From Eledone cirrhosa (Eukaryota), in the NCBI GenBank assembly GCA_964016885.1, contig OZ024744.1, forward strand, positions 15,624,001 to 15,688,000: a stretch of DNA of 64,000 nucleotides, written 5' to 3'. The notes beneath the pieces were generated by a model. That model ran no database searches. It saw only the letters and a list, made by a program, of their open reading frames with translations, and was not told where the DNA came from. Made by a program: the position numbers and the translations under genes. Shown here in pieces: positions 1-14,200 of this stretch; position 1 is the first letter of the stretch; the number at the start of each line of letters is the position of its first letter.

Positions 1-94
1 TGAGTGTGTCAGTGTGTATGTGAGTGTGAGTGTGTCAGTGTGTATGTGAGTGTGTCAGTCTGTATGTGAGTGTGAGTGTGTTAGTGTGTATGTG

Positions 95-470
95 AGTGTG
101 TCAGTGTGCATGTGAGTGTGTGTGTGAGTGTGTCAATGTGTATGTGAGTGTGTCAGTGTGTATGTGAGTGTGATTGCGAGTGTGTCAGTGTGTATTTGAG
201 TGCGAGTGTGTCAGTGTGTTAGTGTGTATGTGAGTGTGGCAGTGTGCATGTGAGTGTGTGTGTGAGTGTGTCAATGTGTATGTGAGTGTGTCAGTGTGTA
301 TGTGAGTGTGATTGCGAGTGTGTCAGTGTGTATTTGAGTGCGAGTGTGTCAGTGTGTTAGTGTGTATGTGAGTGTGGCAGTGTGCATGTGAGTGTGTGTG
401 TGAGTGTGTCAATGTGTATGTGAGTGTGTCAGTGTGTATGTGAGTGTGATTGCGAGTGTGTCAGTGTGTA
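95..470 (+). repeat. Local 138-bp higher-order repeat, ~2.7 copies
   Basis: ATTGCGAG at 173, 311 and 449; TATTTGAGTGCGAG at 193 and 331; constant 138-bp offset. Confidence 0.88.
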
Positions 471-477
471 TGTGAGT

Positions 478-790
478 GCGAGTGTGTCAGTGTGTATGTG
501 AGTGTGAGTACGAGTGTGTCAGTGTGTATGTGAGTGCGAGTGTGTCAGTGTGTATGTGAGTCTGAATGTGTATGTGAGTGTGAGTGTGAGTGGGTCAGTG
601 TGTATGTGAGTGTGTCAGTGTGCATGTGAGTGTGAGTGTGAGTGTGTCAATGTGTATGTGAGTGTGTCAGTGTGTATGTGAGTGTGAGTACGAGTGTGTC
701 AGTGTGTATGTGAGTGCGAGTGTGTCAGTGTGTATGTGAGTCTGAATGTGTATGTGAGTGTGAGTGTGAGTGTGTCAGTGTGTATGTGAG
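478..790 (+). repeat. Local 180-bp duplication
   Basis: GAGTACGAG (C at 511 and 691) and TCTGAATGTG (561 and 741), both offset by 180. Confidence 0.85.
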
Positions 791-3330
791 TGTGTGTGTG
801 TCAGTGTGTATGTGAGTGTGTCAGTGTGTATGTGAGTGTGTGTGTGAGTGTGTCAGTGTGTATGTGAGTGTGTCAGTGTGTATCTGAGTGTGTCAGTGTG
901 TATAATAGTGTGAGTGTGTCAGTGTGTCAGTGTGTATGTGAGTGTGAGTGTGAGTGTGTCAGTGTGTATCTGAGTGTGTCAGTGTGTATATTAGTGTGAA
1001 TGTGTCAGTGTGTCAGTGTGTATGTGAGTGTGAGTGTGAGTGTGTCAGTGTGTATGTGAGTGTGTGTGTGAGTGTGTCAGTGTGTATGTGAGTGTGTCAG
1101 TGTGTATGTGAGTAGTTGAGTGTGAGTGTGTCAGTGTGTATTTGAGAGTCTGTGTGTGAGTGTGTAAGTGTGAGTGTGAGTGTGTAAGTGCGTATGTGAG
1201 TGTGTCAGTGTGTATGTGAGTGTGTCAGTGTGTATGTGAGTGTGAGTGTGTCAGTGTGTATGTGAGTGTGAGTTTGGCAGTGTGTATGTGAGTGTGAGTG
1301 TGAGTGTGTGACTGTGTATGTGAGTGTGTCAGTGTGAGTGTGAGTGTGTCAGTGTGTGTGTCAGTGTGAGTGTGTCAGTGTGTATGGGAGTGTGTCAGTG
1401 TGTATGTGAGTGTGAGTGTGAGTGTGAGTGTGTGAGTGTGTATGTGAGTGTGTGAGTGTGTATGTGTGTGTGAGTGTGTCAGTGTGTATGTGAGTGTGTC
1501 AGTGTGTATGAGAGTGTGAGTGTGTCAGTGTGTATGTGAGTGTGAGTGTGTCAGTGTGTATGTGAGTGTCAGTGTGTCAGTGTGTATATGAGTGTGTCAG
1601 TGTGTATGTGAGTGTGAGTGTTTCAGTGGGTGTGTCAGTGTGTATGTGAGTGTGACAGTGTGTATGTGAGTGTCAGTGTGAGTGTGTTAGTGTGTATGTG
1701 AGTGGGCGTGTGTCATTGTGTGTGTGAGTGTGTCAGTGTGTATGTGAGTGTGTTAGTGTGCATGTGAGTGCGAGTGTGTCAGTGTGTATGTGAGTGCGAG
1801 TGTGTCAGTGTGTATGTGAGTGTGAGTGTGAATGTGTCAGTGTGTGTGTAAGTGTGAGTGTGTCAGTGTGTATATGAGTGTGTCAGTGTGTATCTGAGTG
1901 TGAGTGTGTCATTTTCTATGTGAGTGTGAGTGTGTCAGTGTGTATGTGAGTGTGTCAGTGTGTATGTGAGTGTGAGTGTGTCAGTGTGTATGTGAGTGTG
2001 TCAGTGTGTATGTGAGTGTGATTGCGAGAGTGTCAGTGTGTATGTGAGTGTGAGTGTGTCAGTGTGTATGTGAGTGTGTCAGTGTGTATGTGAGTGTGGC
2101 AGTGTGTATGTGAGTGTGAGTGCGAGAGTGTCAGTGTGTATGTGAGTGTGAGTGTGTCAGTGTGTATGTGAGTGTGGCAGTGTTTATGTGAGTGTGAGTG
2201 TGAGTGTGTCAGTGTGTATGTGAGTGTGTGTGTGTCAGTGTGTATGTGAGTGTGTCAGTGTGTATGTGAGTGTGTGTGTGAGTGTGTCAGTGTGTATGGG
2301 AGTGTGTGTGTGAGTGTGTCAGTGTGTATGTGAGTGTGTGTGTGAGTGTGTCAGTGTGTATGTGAGTGTGTCAGTGTGTATGTGAGTGTGTCAGTGTGTA
2401 TATTAGTGTGAATGTGTCAGTGTGTCAGTGTGTATGTGAGTGTGAGTGTGAGTGTGCCAGTGTGTATGTGAGTGTGAGTGTGTCAGTGTGTATGTGAGTG
2501 TGTCAGTGTGTATGTGAGTAGTTGAGTGTGAGTGTGTCAGTGTGTATGTGAGAGTCTGTGTGTGAGTGTGTAAGTGTGAGTGTAAGTGTGTAAGTGCGTA
2601 TGTGAGTGTGTCAGTGTGTATGTGAGTGTGTCAGTGTGTATGTGAGTGTGAGTGTGTCAGTGTGTATGTGAGTGTGAGTTTGTCAGTGTGTATGTGAGTC
2701 TGAGTGTGTCAATGTGTATGAAAGTGTGTCAGTGTGTATGTGAGTGTGAGTGTGAGTGTCTGACTGTGTATGTGAGTGTGTCAGTGTGAGTGTGAGTGTG
2801 TCAGTGTGTGTGTGAGTGTGAGTGTGTAAGTGTGTATGTGAGTGTGTCAGTGTGTATGTGAGTGTGAGTGTGTCAGTGTGTATGTGAGTGTGAGTGTGTC
2901 AGTGTGTATGAAAGTGTGTCAGTGTGTATGTGACTGTGTGTGTGTGAGTGTGTATGTGAGTGTGTCAGTGTGTATGAGAGTGTGAGTGTGTCAGTGTGTA
3001 TGTGAGTGTGAGTGTGTCAGTGTGTACGTGAGTGTGAGTGTGTCAGTGTGTATATGAGTGTGTCAGTGTGTATGTGAGTGTGAGTATGTCAGTGGGTGTG
3101 TCAGTGTGTATGTGAGTGTGTCAGTGTGTATGTGAGTGTGCGTGTGAGTTTGTCAGTGTGTATGTGAGTGTGACAGTGTATATGTGAGTGTCAGTGTGAG
3201 TGTGTCAGTGTGTATGTGAGTGTGCGTGTGTCAGTGTGTGTGTGAGTGTGTCAGTGTGTATGTTAGTGTGTCAGTGTGTATGTGAGTGTGAGTGCGAGTG
3301 TGTCAGTGTGTATGTGAGTGCGAGTGTGTC
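790..3330 (+). repeat. Older, diverged ~1.4-kb duplication; a third related copy lies at ~4800-5900
   Basis: Same marker order in both copies: TATATTAGTGTGAATG (987/2399), GAGTAGTTGAG (~1110/~2516/~5045), GAGAGTCTGTGTGTGAG (~1144/~2550), CAGTGGGTGTGTCAG (~1624/~3090). Confidence 0.75.
860..1040 (+). repeat. Local 86-bp duplication
   Basis: TATCTGAG (C at 884 and 970); TATAATAG at 901 and TATATTAG at 987. Confidence 0.8.
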
Positions 3331-5489
3331 AGTGTGTATGTGTGTGTGTCAGTGTGTATGTGAGTGTGGCAGTGTGTATGTGAGTGTGAGTGCGAGAGTG
3401 TCAGGGTGTATGTGAGTGTGAGTGTGTCAGTGTGTATGTAAGTGTGTCAGTGTGTATGTGAGTGTGGCAGTGTGTATGTGAGTGTGAGTGCGAGTGTGTC
3501 AGCGTGTATATGAGTGTGAGTGTGTCAGTGTGTATGTGAGTGTGTCAGTGTGTATGTGAGTGTGAGTGTGTCAGTCTGTATGTGAGTGTGAATGTGTCAG
3601 TGTGTATGTGAGTGTGTCAGTGCGTGTGTGAGTGTGAGTGTGAGTGTGTCAGTGTGTATGTGAATGTCAGGTGGGTATGTGAGTGTGAGGGTGAGTGTGT
3701 CAGTGTGTATGTGAGTGTGAGTGTGTCAGTGTTTATGTGAGTGTGAGTGCGAGTGTGTCAGTGTGTATGTGAGTGTGAGTGTGTCAGTGTGTATGTGAGT
3801 GTGAGTGTGTCAGTGTGTATGTGAGTGTGTCAGTCTGTATGTGAGTGTGAGTGTGTTAGTGTGTACGTGAGTGTGTCAGTGTGCATGTGAGTGTGTTTGT
3901 GATTGTGTCAATGTGTATGTGAGTGTGTCAGTGTGTATGTGAGTGTGATTGCGAGTGTGTCAGTGTGTATGTTAGTGCGAGTGTGTCATTGTGTATCTGA
4001 CTGTGTCAGTGTGTATGTGAGTGTGTGTGTGTCAGTGTGTATGTGATTGTGTCAGTGTGTATGTGAGTGTGTGTGTCAGTGTGTGAGTGTGTACGTGAGT
4101 GTGTCAGTGTGTATATGAATGTGAGTGTGAGTGTGTCAGCGTCTATGTGGGTGTGTCAGTGTGTATGTGAGTGTGAGTGTGTCACTATGTATGTGATTGT
4201 GTCAGTGTGTATGTGAGTGTGAGTGTGAGTGTGTCAGTGTTTATGAGTGTGTCAGTGTTTATGTGAGTGTGAGTGTGAGTGTGGCAGTGTGTATGTGAGA
4301 GTCAGTGTGTGAGTGTGTAAGTGTGAGTGTGTAATTGCGTATGTGAGTGTGTCAGTGTGTATGTGAGTGTGTCAGTGTGTATGTAAGTGTGAGTGTGTCA
4401 GTGTGTATGTGAGTGTGAGTTTGTCAGTGTGTATGTGAGTGTGAGCGTGTCAGTGTGTATGAAAGTGTGTCAGTGTGTATGTGAGTGTGAGTGTGAATGT
4501 GTGAGTGTGTATGTGAGTCTGTCAGTGTGAGTGTGAGTGCGAATGTGTCAGTGTGTATGTGAGTGTGAGTGTGCATGTGAGTGTGAGTGTGAGTGTGTCA
4601 GTGTGTATGTGAGTGTGTGTGTGTCACTGTGTATGTGAGTGTGTCAGTGTGTATGTGAGTGCGAGTGTGTCAGTGTGTATGTGATTGTGAGCATGTATGT
4701 GAGTGTGAGTACGAGTGGGTCAGTGTGTATGTGAGTGCGTGTGTGTCAGTGTGTATGTGAGTGTGAGTGTGTATGTGAGTGTGAGTGTGAGTGTGAGTGT
4801 GTCAGTGTGTATGTGAGTGTGTGTGTGTCAGTGTGTATGTGAGTGTCTCAGTGTGTATATGATTGTGTGTGTGAGTGTGTCAGTGTGTATGTGAGTGTGT
4901 CAGTGTGTATGTGAGTGTGTCAGTGTGTATATTAGTGTGAGTGTGTCAGTGTGTCAGTGTGTATGTGAGTGTGAGTGTGAGTGTGCCAGTGTGTATGTGA
5001 GTGTGAGTGTGTCAGTGTGTATGTGAGTGTGTCAGTGTGTATGTGAGTAGTTGAGTGTGAGTGTGTCAGTGTGTATGAGTGTGTCAGTGTGTATGTGAGT
5101 GTGTCAGTGTGTATGTGAGTGTGAGTGTGAGTGTGCCAGTGTGTATGAGTGTGTCAGTGTGTATGTGAGTGTGAGTGTGTCAGTGTGTATGGGAGAGTCC
5201 GTGTGTGAGTGTGTAAGTGTGAGTGTGAGTGTGTAAGTGCGTATGTGAGTGTGTCAGTATGTATGTGAGTGTGAGAGTGTCAGTGTGCATGTGAGTGTGA
5301 GTGTGAGTTTGTCAGTGTGTATGTGAGTGTGAGTGTGTCAGTGTGTATGAAAGTGTGTCAGTGTGTATGTGAGTTTGAGTGTGAGTGTGAGTGTGTGAGT
5401 GTGAGTGTGTCAGTCTGTCAGTGTCTATGTGTGTGTGAGTTTAAGTGTGTGAGGGTGTGTGTGAGTGTGTGAGTGTGTATGTGAGTGTG

Positions 5490-8400
5490 TCAGTGTGTAT
5501 GTGAGTGTGTCAGTGTGTATGAGAGTGTGAGTGTGTCAGTGTGTATGTGAGTGTGAGTGTGTCAGTGGGTATGTGAGTGTGAGTGTGTCAGTGTGTATAT
5601 GAGAGTGTCAGTGTGTATGTGAGTGTGAGTGTGACAGTACGTGTGTCAGTGTGTATGTGAGTGTGCATATGAGTGTGTCAGTGTGTATGTGAGTGTGTCA
5701 GTGTGTACGTGAGTGTAAGTGTGAGTGTGTCAGTGTGTATGTGAGTGTGCGTGTGTCAGTGTGTGTGTGAGTGTGTCAGTGTGTATGTGAGTGCGAGTGT
5801 GTCAGTGTGTATGTGAGTGTGCGTGTGTCACTGTGTGTGTGAGTGTGTCAGTGTGTATGTGAGTGTGTTAGTGTGCATGTGAGTGTGAGTGTGAGTGTGT
5901 GAGTGTGTATGTGAGTGTGAGTGCGAGTGTGTCAGTGTGTATGTGAGTGCGAGTGTGTCAGTGTGTATGTGAGTGTGAGTGTGTGAGTGTGTATGTGAGT
6001 GTGTCAGTGTGTATGTGAATATGAGTGTGTGTGTGTCAGTGTGTATGTGAGTGTGTCAGTGTGTATGTGAGTGTGAGTGTGAGTGTGTCAGTGTGTATGT
6101 GAGTGTGTCAGTGTGTATGTGAATATGAGTATGTGTGTCAGTGTGTATGTGAGTGTGTCAGTGTGTATGTGAGTGTGAGTGTGAGTGTGTCAGTGTGTAT
6201 GTGAGTGTGACAGTGTGTATGTGAGTGTGAGTGTGAGTGCGTCAGTGTGTATGTGAGTGTGTCAGTGTGTATGTGAGTGTCAGTGTGAGTGTGTCAGTGT
6301 GTATGTGAGTGTGAGTGTGAGTTTGTCAGTGTGTATGTGAGTGTGTCAGTGTGTATGTGAGTGTCAGTGTGTAGCTGAGTGTGAGTGTGTCAGTGTGTAT
6401 GCGAGTGTGAGTGTGTCAGTGTGTATGTGAGTGTGAGTGTGTCAGTGTGTATGTGAGTGTGAGTGTGTCAGTGTGTATGTGAGTGTGTCAGTGTGTATGT
6501 GAGTGTGAGTGTGAGTGTGTCAGTGTGTATGTGAGTGTGAGTGTGCCAGTGTGTATGTGTGTGTGTCAGTGTGTATGTGAGTGTGAGTGTGTCAGTTTGT
6601 ATGTGAGTTTGAGTGTGTCAGTGTGTATGTGAGTGTGTCAGTGTGTATGTGAGTGTGGCAGTGTGTATGTGAGTGTGAGTGCGAGAGTGTCAGTGTGTAT
6701 GTGACTGTGAGTGTGTCAGTGTGTATGTGAGTGTGTCAGTGTGTATGTGAGTGTGGCAGTGTGTATGTGAGTGTGAGTGCCAGTGTGTCAGTGTGTATAT
6801 GAGTGTGTCAGTGTGTATGTGAGTGTGTCAGTGTGTGTATGTGATTGTGAGTGTGAGTGTGTCAGTCTGTATGTGAGTGTGAATGTGTCAGTGTGTATGT
6901 GAGTGTGTCAGTGTGTGTGTGAGTGTGAGTGTGAGTGTGTCAGTGTGTGTGAGAGTTTATCAGTGTGTATGTGAGTGTGTCAGTGTGTATGTGAGTGTGA
7001 GTGTGAGTGTGTCAGTGTGTATGTGAGTGTGAGTGTGTCAGTGTGTATGTGTATGTGAGTGTGTCAGGGCGTATGTGAGTGTGTCAGTGTTTATGTGAGT
7101 GTGAGTGCGAGTGTGTCAGTGTGTATGTGAGTGTGAGTGTGTCAGTGTGTGTGTGAGTGTGTCAGTGTGTATGTGAGTGTGTAGTCTGTATGTGAGTGTG
7201 AGTGTGTTAGTGTGTATGTGAGTGTGTCAGTGTGCATGTGAGTGTGTGTGTGATTGTGTCAATGTGTATGTGAGTGTGTCAGTGTGTATGTGAGTGTGAT
7301 TGCTAGTGTGTCAGTGTATATGTGAGTGTGAGTGTGTCAGTGTGTATGTGAGTGTGAGTGTGAGTGTGTCAGTGTGATGTGAGTGTGTGTGTGTCAGTGT
7401 GTATGTGAGTGTGTCAGTGTGTATGTGAGTGTGTGTGTGAGTGTGTCAGTGAGTATGTGAGTGTGTCAGTGTGTATGTGAATGTGATTGTGAGTGTGTCA
7501 GTGTGTATGTGAGTGTGTAAGTGTGTATGTGAGTGTGAGTGTGTCAGTGTGTGTTTGAGTGTGTCAGTGTTTATGTGAGTGTGTCAGTGTGTATGTGAGT
7601 GTTAGTGTGTCAGTGTGTATCTGAGTGTGAGTGTGTCAGTGTGTATGTTAGTGTGTCAGTGTGTATGTGAGTGTGAGTGTGAGTGTGTCAGTGTGTATGT
7701 GGGTGTGAGTGTGTCAGTGTGTATGTGAGTGTGTCAATGTGTATGTGAGTGTGAGTGTGTCAGTTTGTATGTGAGTGTGAGTGTGTCGGTGTGTATGTGA
7801 GTGTGTCAGTGTGTATGTGAGTGTGAGTGTGAGTGTGAGTGTGTCAGTGTGTATGTGAGTGTGAGTGTCAGTGTGTCAGTGTGTATGTGAGTGTGTCAGT
7901 GTGTATGTGAGTATGAGTGTGTCAGTGTGTATGTGAGTGTGTCAGTGTGTATGTGAGCAGTTGAGTGTGAGTGTGTCAGTGTGTATGTGAATGTGAGTGC
8001 GATTGTGTCAGTGTGTATGTGAGTGTGTCAGTGTGTATGTGAGTGTGAGTGTGTCAGTGTGTATGTGAGTGTGAGTGTGTCAGTGTGTATGTGAGTGTGT
8101 CAGTGTGTATGTTAGTGTGAGTGTGTCAGTGTGTATGTGAGTGTTAGTGTGTCAGTGTGTATGTGAGTCTCTCAGTGTGTATGTGAGTGCGAGTGTGAGT
8201 GTGCCAGTGTGTATGTGAGTGTGTCAGTGTGTATGAGAGTGTGAGTGTGTCAGTGTGTATGTGAGTGTGAGTGTGTCAGTGTGTATGTGAGTGTGAGTGT
8301 GTCAGTGTGTATATGAGAGTGTCAGTGTGTATGTGAGTGTGAGTGGGACAGTACGTGTGTCAGTGTGTATGTGAGTGTGTCAGTGTGTATGTGAGTGTGC

Positions 8401-11080
8401 ATATGAGTGTGTCAGTGTGTATGTGAGTGTGTCAGTGTGTACGTGAGTGTAAGTGTGAGTGTGTCAGTGTGTATGTGAGTGTGCGTGTGTCAGTGTGTGT
8501 GTGAGTGTGTCAGTGTGTATGTGAGTGTGTTAGTGTGCATGTGAGTGTGAGTGCGAGTGTGTCAGTGTGTATGTGAGTGCGAGTGTGTCAGTGTGTATGT
8601 GAGTGTGCGTGTGTCACTGTGTGTGTGAGTGTGTCAGTGTGTATGTGAGTGTGTTAGTGTGCATGTGAGTGTGAGTGTGAGTGTGTCAGTGTGTATGTGA
8701 GTGTGTCCGTGTGTATGTGAGTGTGAGTGCGAGTGTGTCAGTGTGTATGTGAGTGCGAGTGCGTCAGTGTGTATGTGAGTGTGAGTGTGTCAGTGTGTAC
8801 GTGAATATGAGTGTGTGTGTGTCAGTGTGTATGTGAGTGTGTCAGTGTGACATGTGAGTGTGAGTGTGAGTGTGTCAGTGTGTATGTGAGTGTGTCAGTG
8901 TGTATGTGAATATGAGTATGTGTGTGTCAGTGTGTATGTGAGTGTGTCAGTGTGAATGTGAGTGTGAGTGTGAGTGTGTCTGTGTGTATGTGAGTGTGAC
9001 AGTGTGTATGTGAGTGTGAGTGTGAGTGCGTCAGTGTGTATGTGAGTGTGTCAGTGTGTATGTGAGTGTCAGTGTGAGTGTGTCAGTGTGTATGTGAGTG
9101 TGAGTGTGAGTTTGTCAGTATGTATGTGAGTGTGTCAGTGTGTATGTGAGTGTCAATGTGTAGCTGAGTGTGAGTGTGTCAGTGTGTATGCGAGTGTGAG
9201 TGTGTCAGTGTGTATGTGAGTGTGAGTGTGTCAGTGTGTATGTGAGTGTGAGTGTGTCAGTGTGTATGTGAGTGTGTCAGTGTGTATGTGAGTGTGAGTG
9301 TGAGTGTGTCAGTGTGTATGTGAGTGTGTGTGTGCCAGTGTGTATGTATGTGTGTCAGTGTGTATGTGAGTGTGAGTGTGTCAGTTTGTATGTGAGTTTG
9401 AGTGTGTCAGTGTGTATGTGAGTGTGTCAGTGTGTATGTGAGTGTGGCAGTGTGTATGTGAGTGTGAATGCGAGAGTGTCAGTGTGTATGTGACTGTGAG
9501 TGTGTCAGTGTGTATGTGAGTGTGTCAGTGTGTATGTGAGTGTGGCAGTGTGTATGTGAGTGTGAGTGCCAGTGTGTCAGTGTGTATATGAGTGTGTCAG
9601 TGTGTATGTGAGTGTGTCAGTGTGTGTATGGGATTGTGAGTGTGAGTGTGTCAGTCTGTATGTGAGTGTGAATGTGTCAGTGTGTATGTGAGTGTGTCAG
9701 TGTGTGTGTGAGTGTGAGTGTGAGTGTGTCAGTGTGTATGTGAATGTCAGGTGGGTATGTGAGTGCGAGTGTGAGTGTGTCAGTGTGTGTGAGAGTTTAT
9801 CAGTGTGTATGTGAGTGTGTCAGTGTGTATGTGAGTGTGAGTGTGAGTGTGTCAGTGTGTATGTGAGTGTGAGTGTGTCAGTGTGTATGTGTATGTGAGT
9901 GTGTCAGGGCGTATGTGAGTGTGTCAGTGTTTATGTGAGTGTGAGTGCGAGTGTGTCAGTGTGTATGTGAGTGTGAGTGTGTCAGTGTGTGTGTGAGTGT
10001 GTCAGTGTGTATGTGAGTGTGTAGTCTGTATGTGAGTGTGAGTGTGTTAGTGTGTATGTGAGTGTGTCAGTGTGCATGTGAGTGTGTGTGTGATTGTGTC
10101 AATGTGTATGTGAGTGTGTCAGTGTGTATGTGAGTGTGATTGCTAGTGTGTCAATGTATATGTGAGTGTGAGTGTGTCAGTGTGTATGTGAGTGTGAGTG
10201 TGAGTGTTTCAGTGTGATGTGAGTGTGTGTGTGTCAGTGTGTATGTGAGTGTGTCAGTGTGTATGTGAGTGTGTGTGTGAGTGTGTCAGTGAGTATGTGA
10301 GTGTGTCAGTGTGTATGTGAATGTGAGTGTGAGTGTGTCAGTGTGTATGTGAGTGTGTCAGTGTGTATGTGAGTGTGAGTGTGTCAGTGTGTGTTTGAGT
10401 GTGTCAGTGTTTATGTGAGTGTGTCAGTGTGTATGTGAGTGTGTCAGTGTGTATGTGAGTGTGAGTGTGTCAGTGTGTATCTGAGTGTGAGTGTGTCAGT
10501 GTGTATGTTAGTGTGTCAGTGTGTATGTGAGTGTGAGTGTGAGTGTGTCAGTGTGTATGTGGGTGTGAGTGTGTCAGTGTGTATGTGAGTGTGTCAATGT
10601 GTATGTGAGTGTGAGTGTGTCAGTTTGTATGTGAGTGTGAGTGTGTCGGTGTGTATGTGAGTGTGTCAGTGTGTATGTGAGTGTGAGTGTGAGTGTGTCA
10701 GTGTGTATGTGAGTGTGAGTGTCAGTGTGTCAGTGTGTATGTGAGTGTGTCAGTGTGTATGTGAGTATGAGTGTGTCAGTGTGTATGTGAGTGTGTCAGT
10801 GTGTATGTGAGCAGTTGAGTGTGAGTGTGTCAGTGTGTATGTGAATGTGAGTGCGAGTGTGTCAGTGTGTATGTGAGTGTGTCAGTGTGTATGTGAGTGT
10901 GAGTGTGTCAGTGTGTATGTGAGTGTGAGTGTGTCAGTGTGTATGTGAGTGTGTCAGTGTGTATGTTAGTGTGAGTGTGTCAGTGTGTATGTGAGTGTTA
11001 GTGTGTCAGTGTGTATGTGAGTCTCTCAGTGTGTATGTGAGTGTGAGTGTGAGTGTGCCAGTGTGTATGTGAGTGTGAGT
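5490..11080 (+). repeat. Tandem duplication, period ~2.71-2.85 kb, junction near 8220
   Basis: GACAGTACGT (5640/8354), TAGCTGAG (6375/9164), CAGGGCGTAT (7065/9905), AGTGTGATGT (7371/10211), GAGCAGTTGAG (7958/10812), GTCTCTCAG (8169/11023). Confidence 0.88.
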
Positions 11081-11211
11081 GTGTCAGTGTGCATGTGAGT
11101 GTGTCAGTGTGTATGTGAGTGTGAGTGTGTCAGTGTGTATGTGAGTGTGATTGTGTCAGTGTGTATGTGAGTGTGTCAGAATGTATGTGAGTGTGAGTGA
11201 GAATGTGTCAA

Positions 11212-14200
11212 TGTGTATGTCAGTTTCAGTGTGACAGTGTGTGGGGTGTGAGTGTGAGCGTGTCAGTGTGTATGTGAGTGTGTCAATGTGTATGTGAGTG
11301 TGAGCGTGTCAGTTTGTATGTGAGTGTGTCAGTGTGTATGTGAGTGTGAGTGTGAGTGTGAGTGTGTCAGTGTGTATGAGTGTGTCAGTGTGTGTGTGTT
11401 TAAGTGTGAGTGTGAGTGTGTAAGTGCGTATGTGAGTGTGTTAGTGTGTATGTGAGTGTGTCAGTGTGTATGTGAGTGTCAGTGTGAGTGTGTCAGTGTG
11501 TATGTGAGTGTGAGTGTGTCAGTGTGTTTCTGAGTGTGTCAGTGTGTACGTGAGTGTGTCAGTGTGTATGTGAGTGTGAGTGTGAGTGTGTCAGTGTGTA
11601 TGTGAGTATGAGTGTGCCAGTGTGTATGTGTGTGTCAGTGTGTATGTGAGTGTGAGTGTGTCAGTTTGTATGTGAGTGTGAGTGTGTCAGTGTGTATGTG
11701 AGTGTGTCAGTGTGTATGTGAGTGTGAGTGTGTCAGTGTGTATGTGAGTGTGTCAGTGTGTATGTGAGTGTGAGTGCGTCAGTGTGTATGTGAGTGTGAG
11801 TGCGAGAGTGTCAGTGTGTATGTGACTGTGAGTGTGTCAGTGTGTATGTGAGTGTGTCAGTGTGTATGTGTGTGTGGCAGTGTGTATGTGAGTGTGAGTG
11901 CCAGTGTGTCAGTGTGTATATGAGTGTGAGTGTGTCAGTGTGTATGTGAGTGTGAGTGTGAGTGTGTCAGTGTGTGTGTGAGTTTATCAGTGTGTATGTG
12001 AGTGTGTCAGTGTGTATGTGATTGTGAGTGTGAGTGTGTCAGTGTGTATGTGAGTGTGAGTGTGTCAGTGTGTATGTGTATGTGAGTGTGTCAGGGCGTA
12101 TGTGAGTGTGTCAGTGTTTATGTGAGTGTGAGTGCGAGTGTGTCAGTGTGTATGTGAGTGTGAGTGTGTCAGTGTGTATGTGAGTGTGAGTGTGTCAGTG
12201 TTTATGTGAGTGTGTAGTCTGTATGTGAGTGTGAGTGTGTTAGTGTGTATGTGAGTGTGTCAGTGTGCATGTGAGTGTGTGTGTGATTGTGTCAATGTGT
12301 ATGTGAGTGTGTCAGTGTGTATGTGAGTGTGATTGCTAGTGTGTCAGTGTATATGTGAGTGTGAGTGTGTCAGTGTGTATGTGAGTGTGAGTGTGAGTGT
12401 GTTAGTGTGCATGTGAGTGTGTGTGTGTCAGTGTGTATGTGAGTGTGTCAGTGTGTATGTGAGTGTGTGTGTGAGTGTGTCAGTGAGTATGTGAGTGTGT
12501 CAGTGTGTATGTGAATGTGAGTGTGAGTGTGTCAGTGTCTATGTGAGTGTGTCAGTGTGTATGTGAGTGTGAGTGTGTCAGTGTGTATGTGAGTGTGAAT
12601 GTGTCAGTGTGTATGTGAGTGTGTCATTGTGTATGTGAGTGTGAGTGTGTCAGTGTGTATGTGAGTGTGTCATTGTGCATGTGAGTGTGAGTGTGAGTGT
12701 GTCAATGTGTATGTGAGTGTGTCAGTGTGTATGTGAGTGTGAGTGCTAGTGTGTCAGTGTGTATATGAGTGCGAGTGTGTCAGTGTGTATGTCAGTCTCA
12801 GTGTGTCAGTGTGTGAGTGTGAGTGTGAGCTTGTCAGTGTGTATGTGAGTGTGTCAATGTGTATGTGAGTGTGAGTGTGTCAGTGTGTATGTGAGTGTGT
12901 CAGTGTGTATGTGAGTGTGAGTGTGTCAGTGTTTATGAGTGTGTCAGTGTGTTTGTGAGTGTGTGTGTGAGTTTGTCAGTGTGTATGTGAGAGGCAGTGT
13001 GTGAGTGTGTAAGTGTGACTCTGAGTTTGTAAGTGCGTATGTGAGTTTGTAAGTGTGTATGTGAGTGTGTCAGTGTGTATGTCAGTGTGTCAGTGTGAAT
13101 GTGAGTGACAGTTTGTCAGTGTGTATGTGAGTGTATTTCAGTGTGTATGTGAGTGTGAGTGGGAGTGTGTGAGTGTGTATTTTGAGTGTGAGTGTGAGTT
13201 TGTCACTCTGTATGTGAGTGTGTCAGTGTGTATTTTGAGTGTGAGTGTGAGTTTGTCAGTGTGTATGTGAGTGTGTCAGTGTGTATGTGAGTGTGAGTGT
13301 GTCAGTGTGTATGTCAGTGTGTCAGTGTGTATGTGAGTGTGTCAGTGTGTATGTGAGTGTCAGTGTGTCAGTGTGTGTTTGAGTGTGTCAGTGTGTATGT
13401 GTGTGTGTCAGTGTGTATGTGAGTGTGTCAGTGTGTATGTGAGTGTGAGTGTGTCAGTGTGTATGTGAGTGTGAGTGTGTCAGTGTGTATGTGAGTGTGT
13501 CAGTGTGTATGTGAGTGTGAGTGTGAGTGTGTCAGTGTGTATGTGGGTGTGAGTGTGTCAGTGTGTATGTGAGTGTGTCAGTGTGTATGTGAGTGTGAGT
13601 GTGTCAGTTTGTATGTGAGTGTGAGTGTGTCAGTGTGTATGTGAGTGTGAGTGTGAGTGTGTCAGTGTGTATGTGAGTGTGAGTGTCAGTGTGTCAGTGT
13701 GTATGTGAGTGTGTCAGTGTGTATGTGAGTGTGAGTGTGTCAGTGTGTATGTGAGTGTGTCAGTGTGTATGTGTGTGTCAGTGTGTATAAGAGTGTGAGT
13801 GTGTCAGTTTGTATGTGAGTGTGAGTGTGTCAGTGTGTATGTGAGTGTGTCAGTGTGTATGTGAGTGTGAGTGTGTCAGTGTGTATGTGAGTGTGTCAGT
13901 GTGTATGTGAGTGTGAGTGCGTCAGTGTGTATGTGAGTGTGAGTGTGTCAGTGTGTATGTCAGTGTGTCAGTGTGTATGTGAGTGTGGCAGTGTGTATGT
14001 GAGTGTGAGTGCGAGAGTGTCAGTGTGTATGTGACTGTGAGTGTGTCAGTGTGTATGTGAGTGTGTCAGTGTGTATGTGAGTGTGGCAGTGTGTATGTGA
14101 GTGTGAGTGTGAGTGTGTCAGTGTGTGTGAGAGTTTATCAGTGTGTATGTGAGTGTGTCAGTGTGTATGTGAGTGTGAGTGTGAGTGTGTCAGTGTGTAC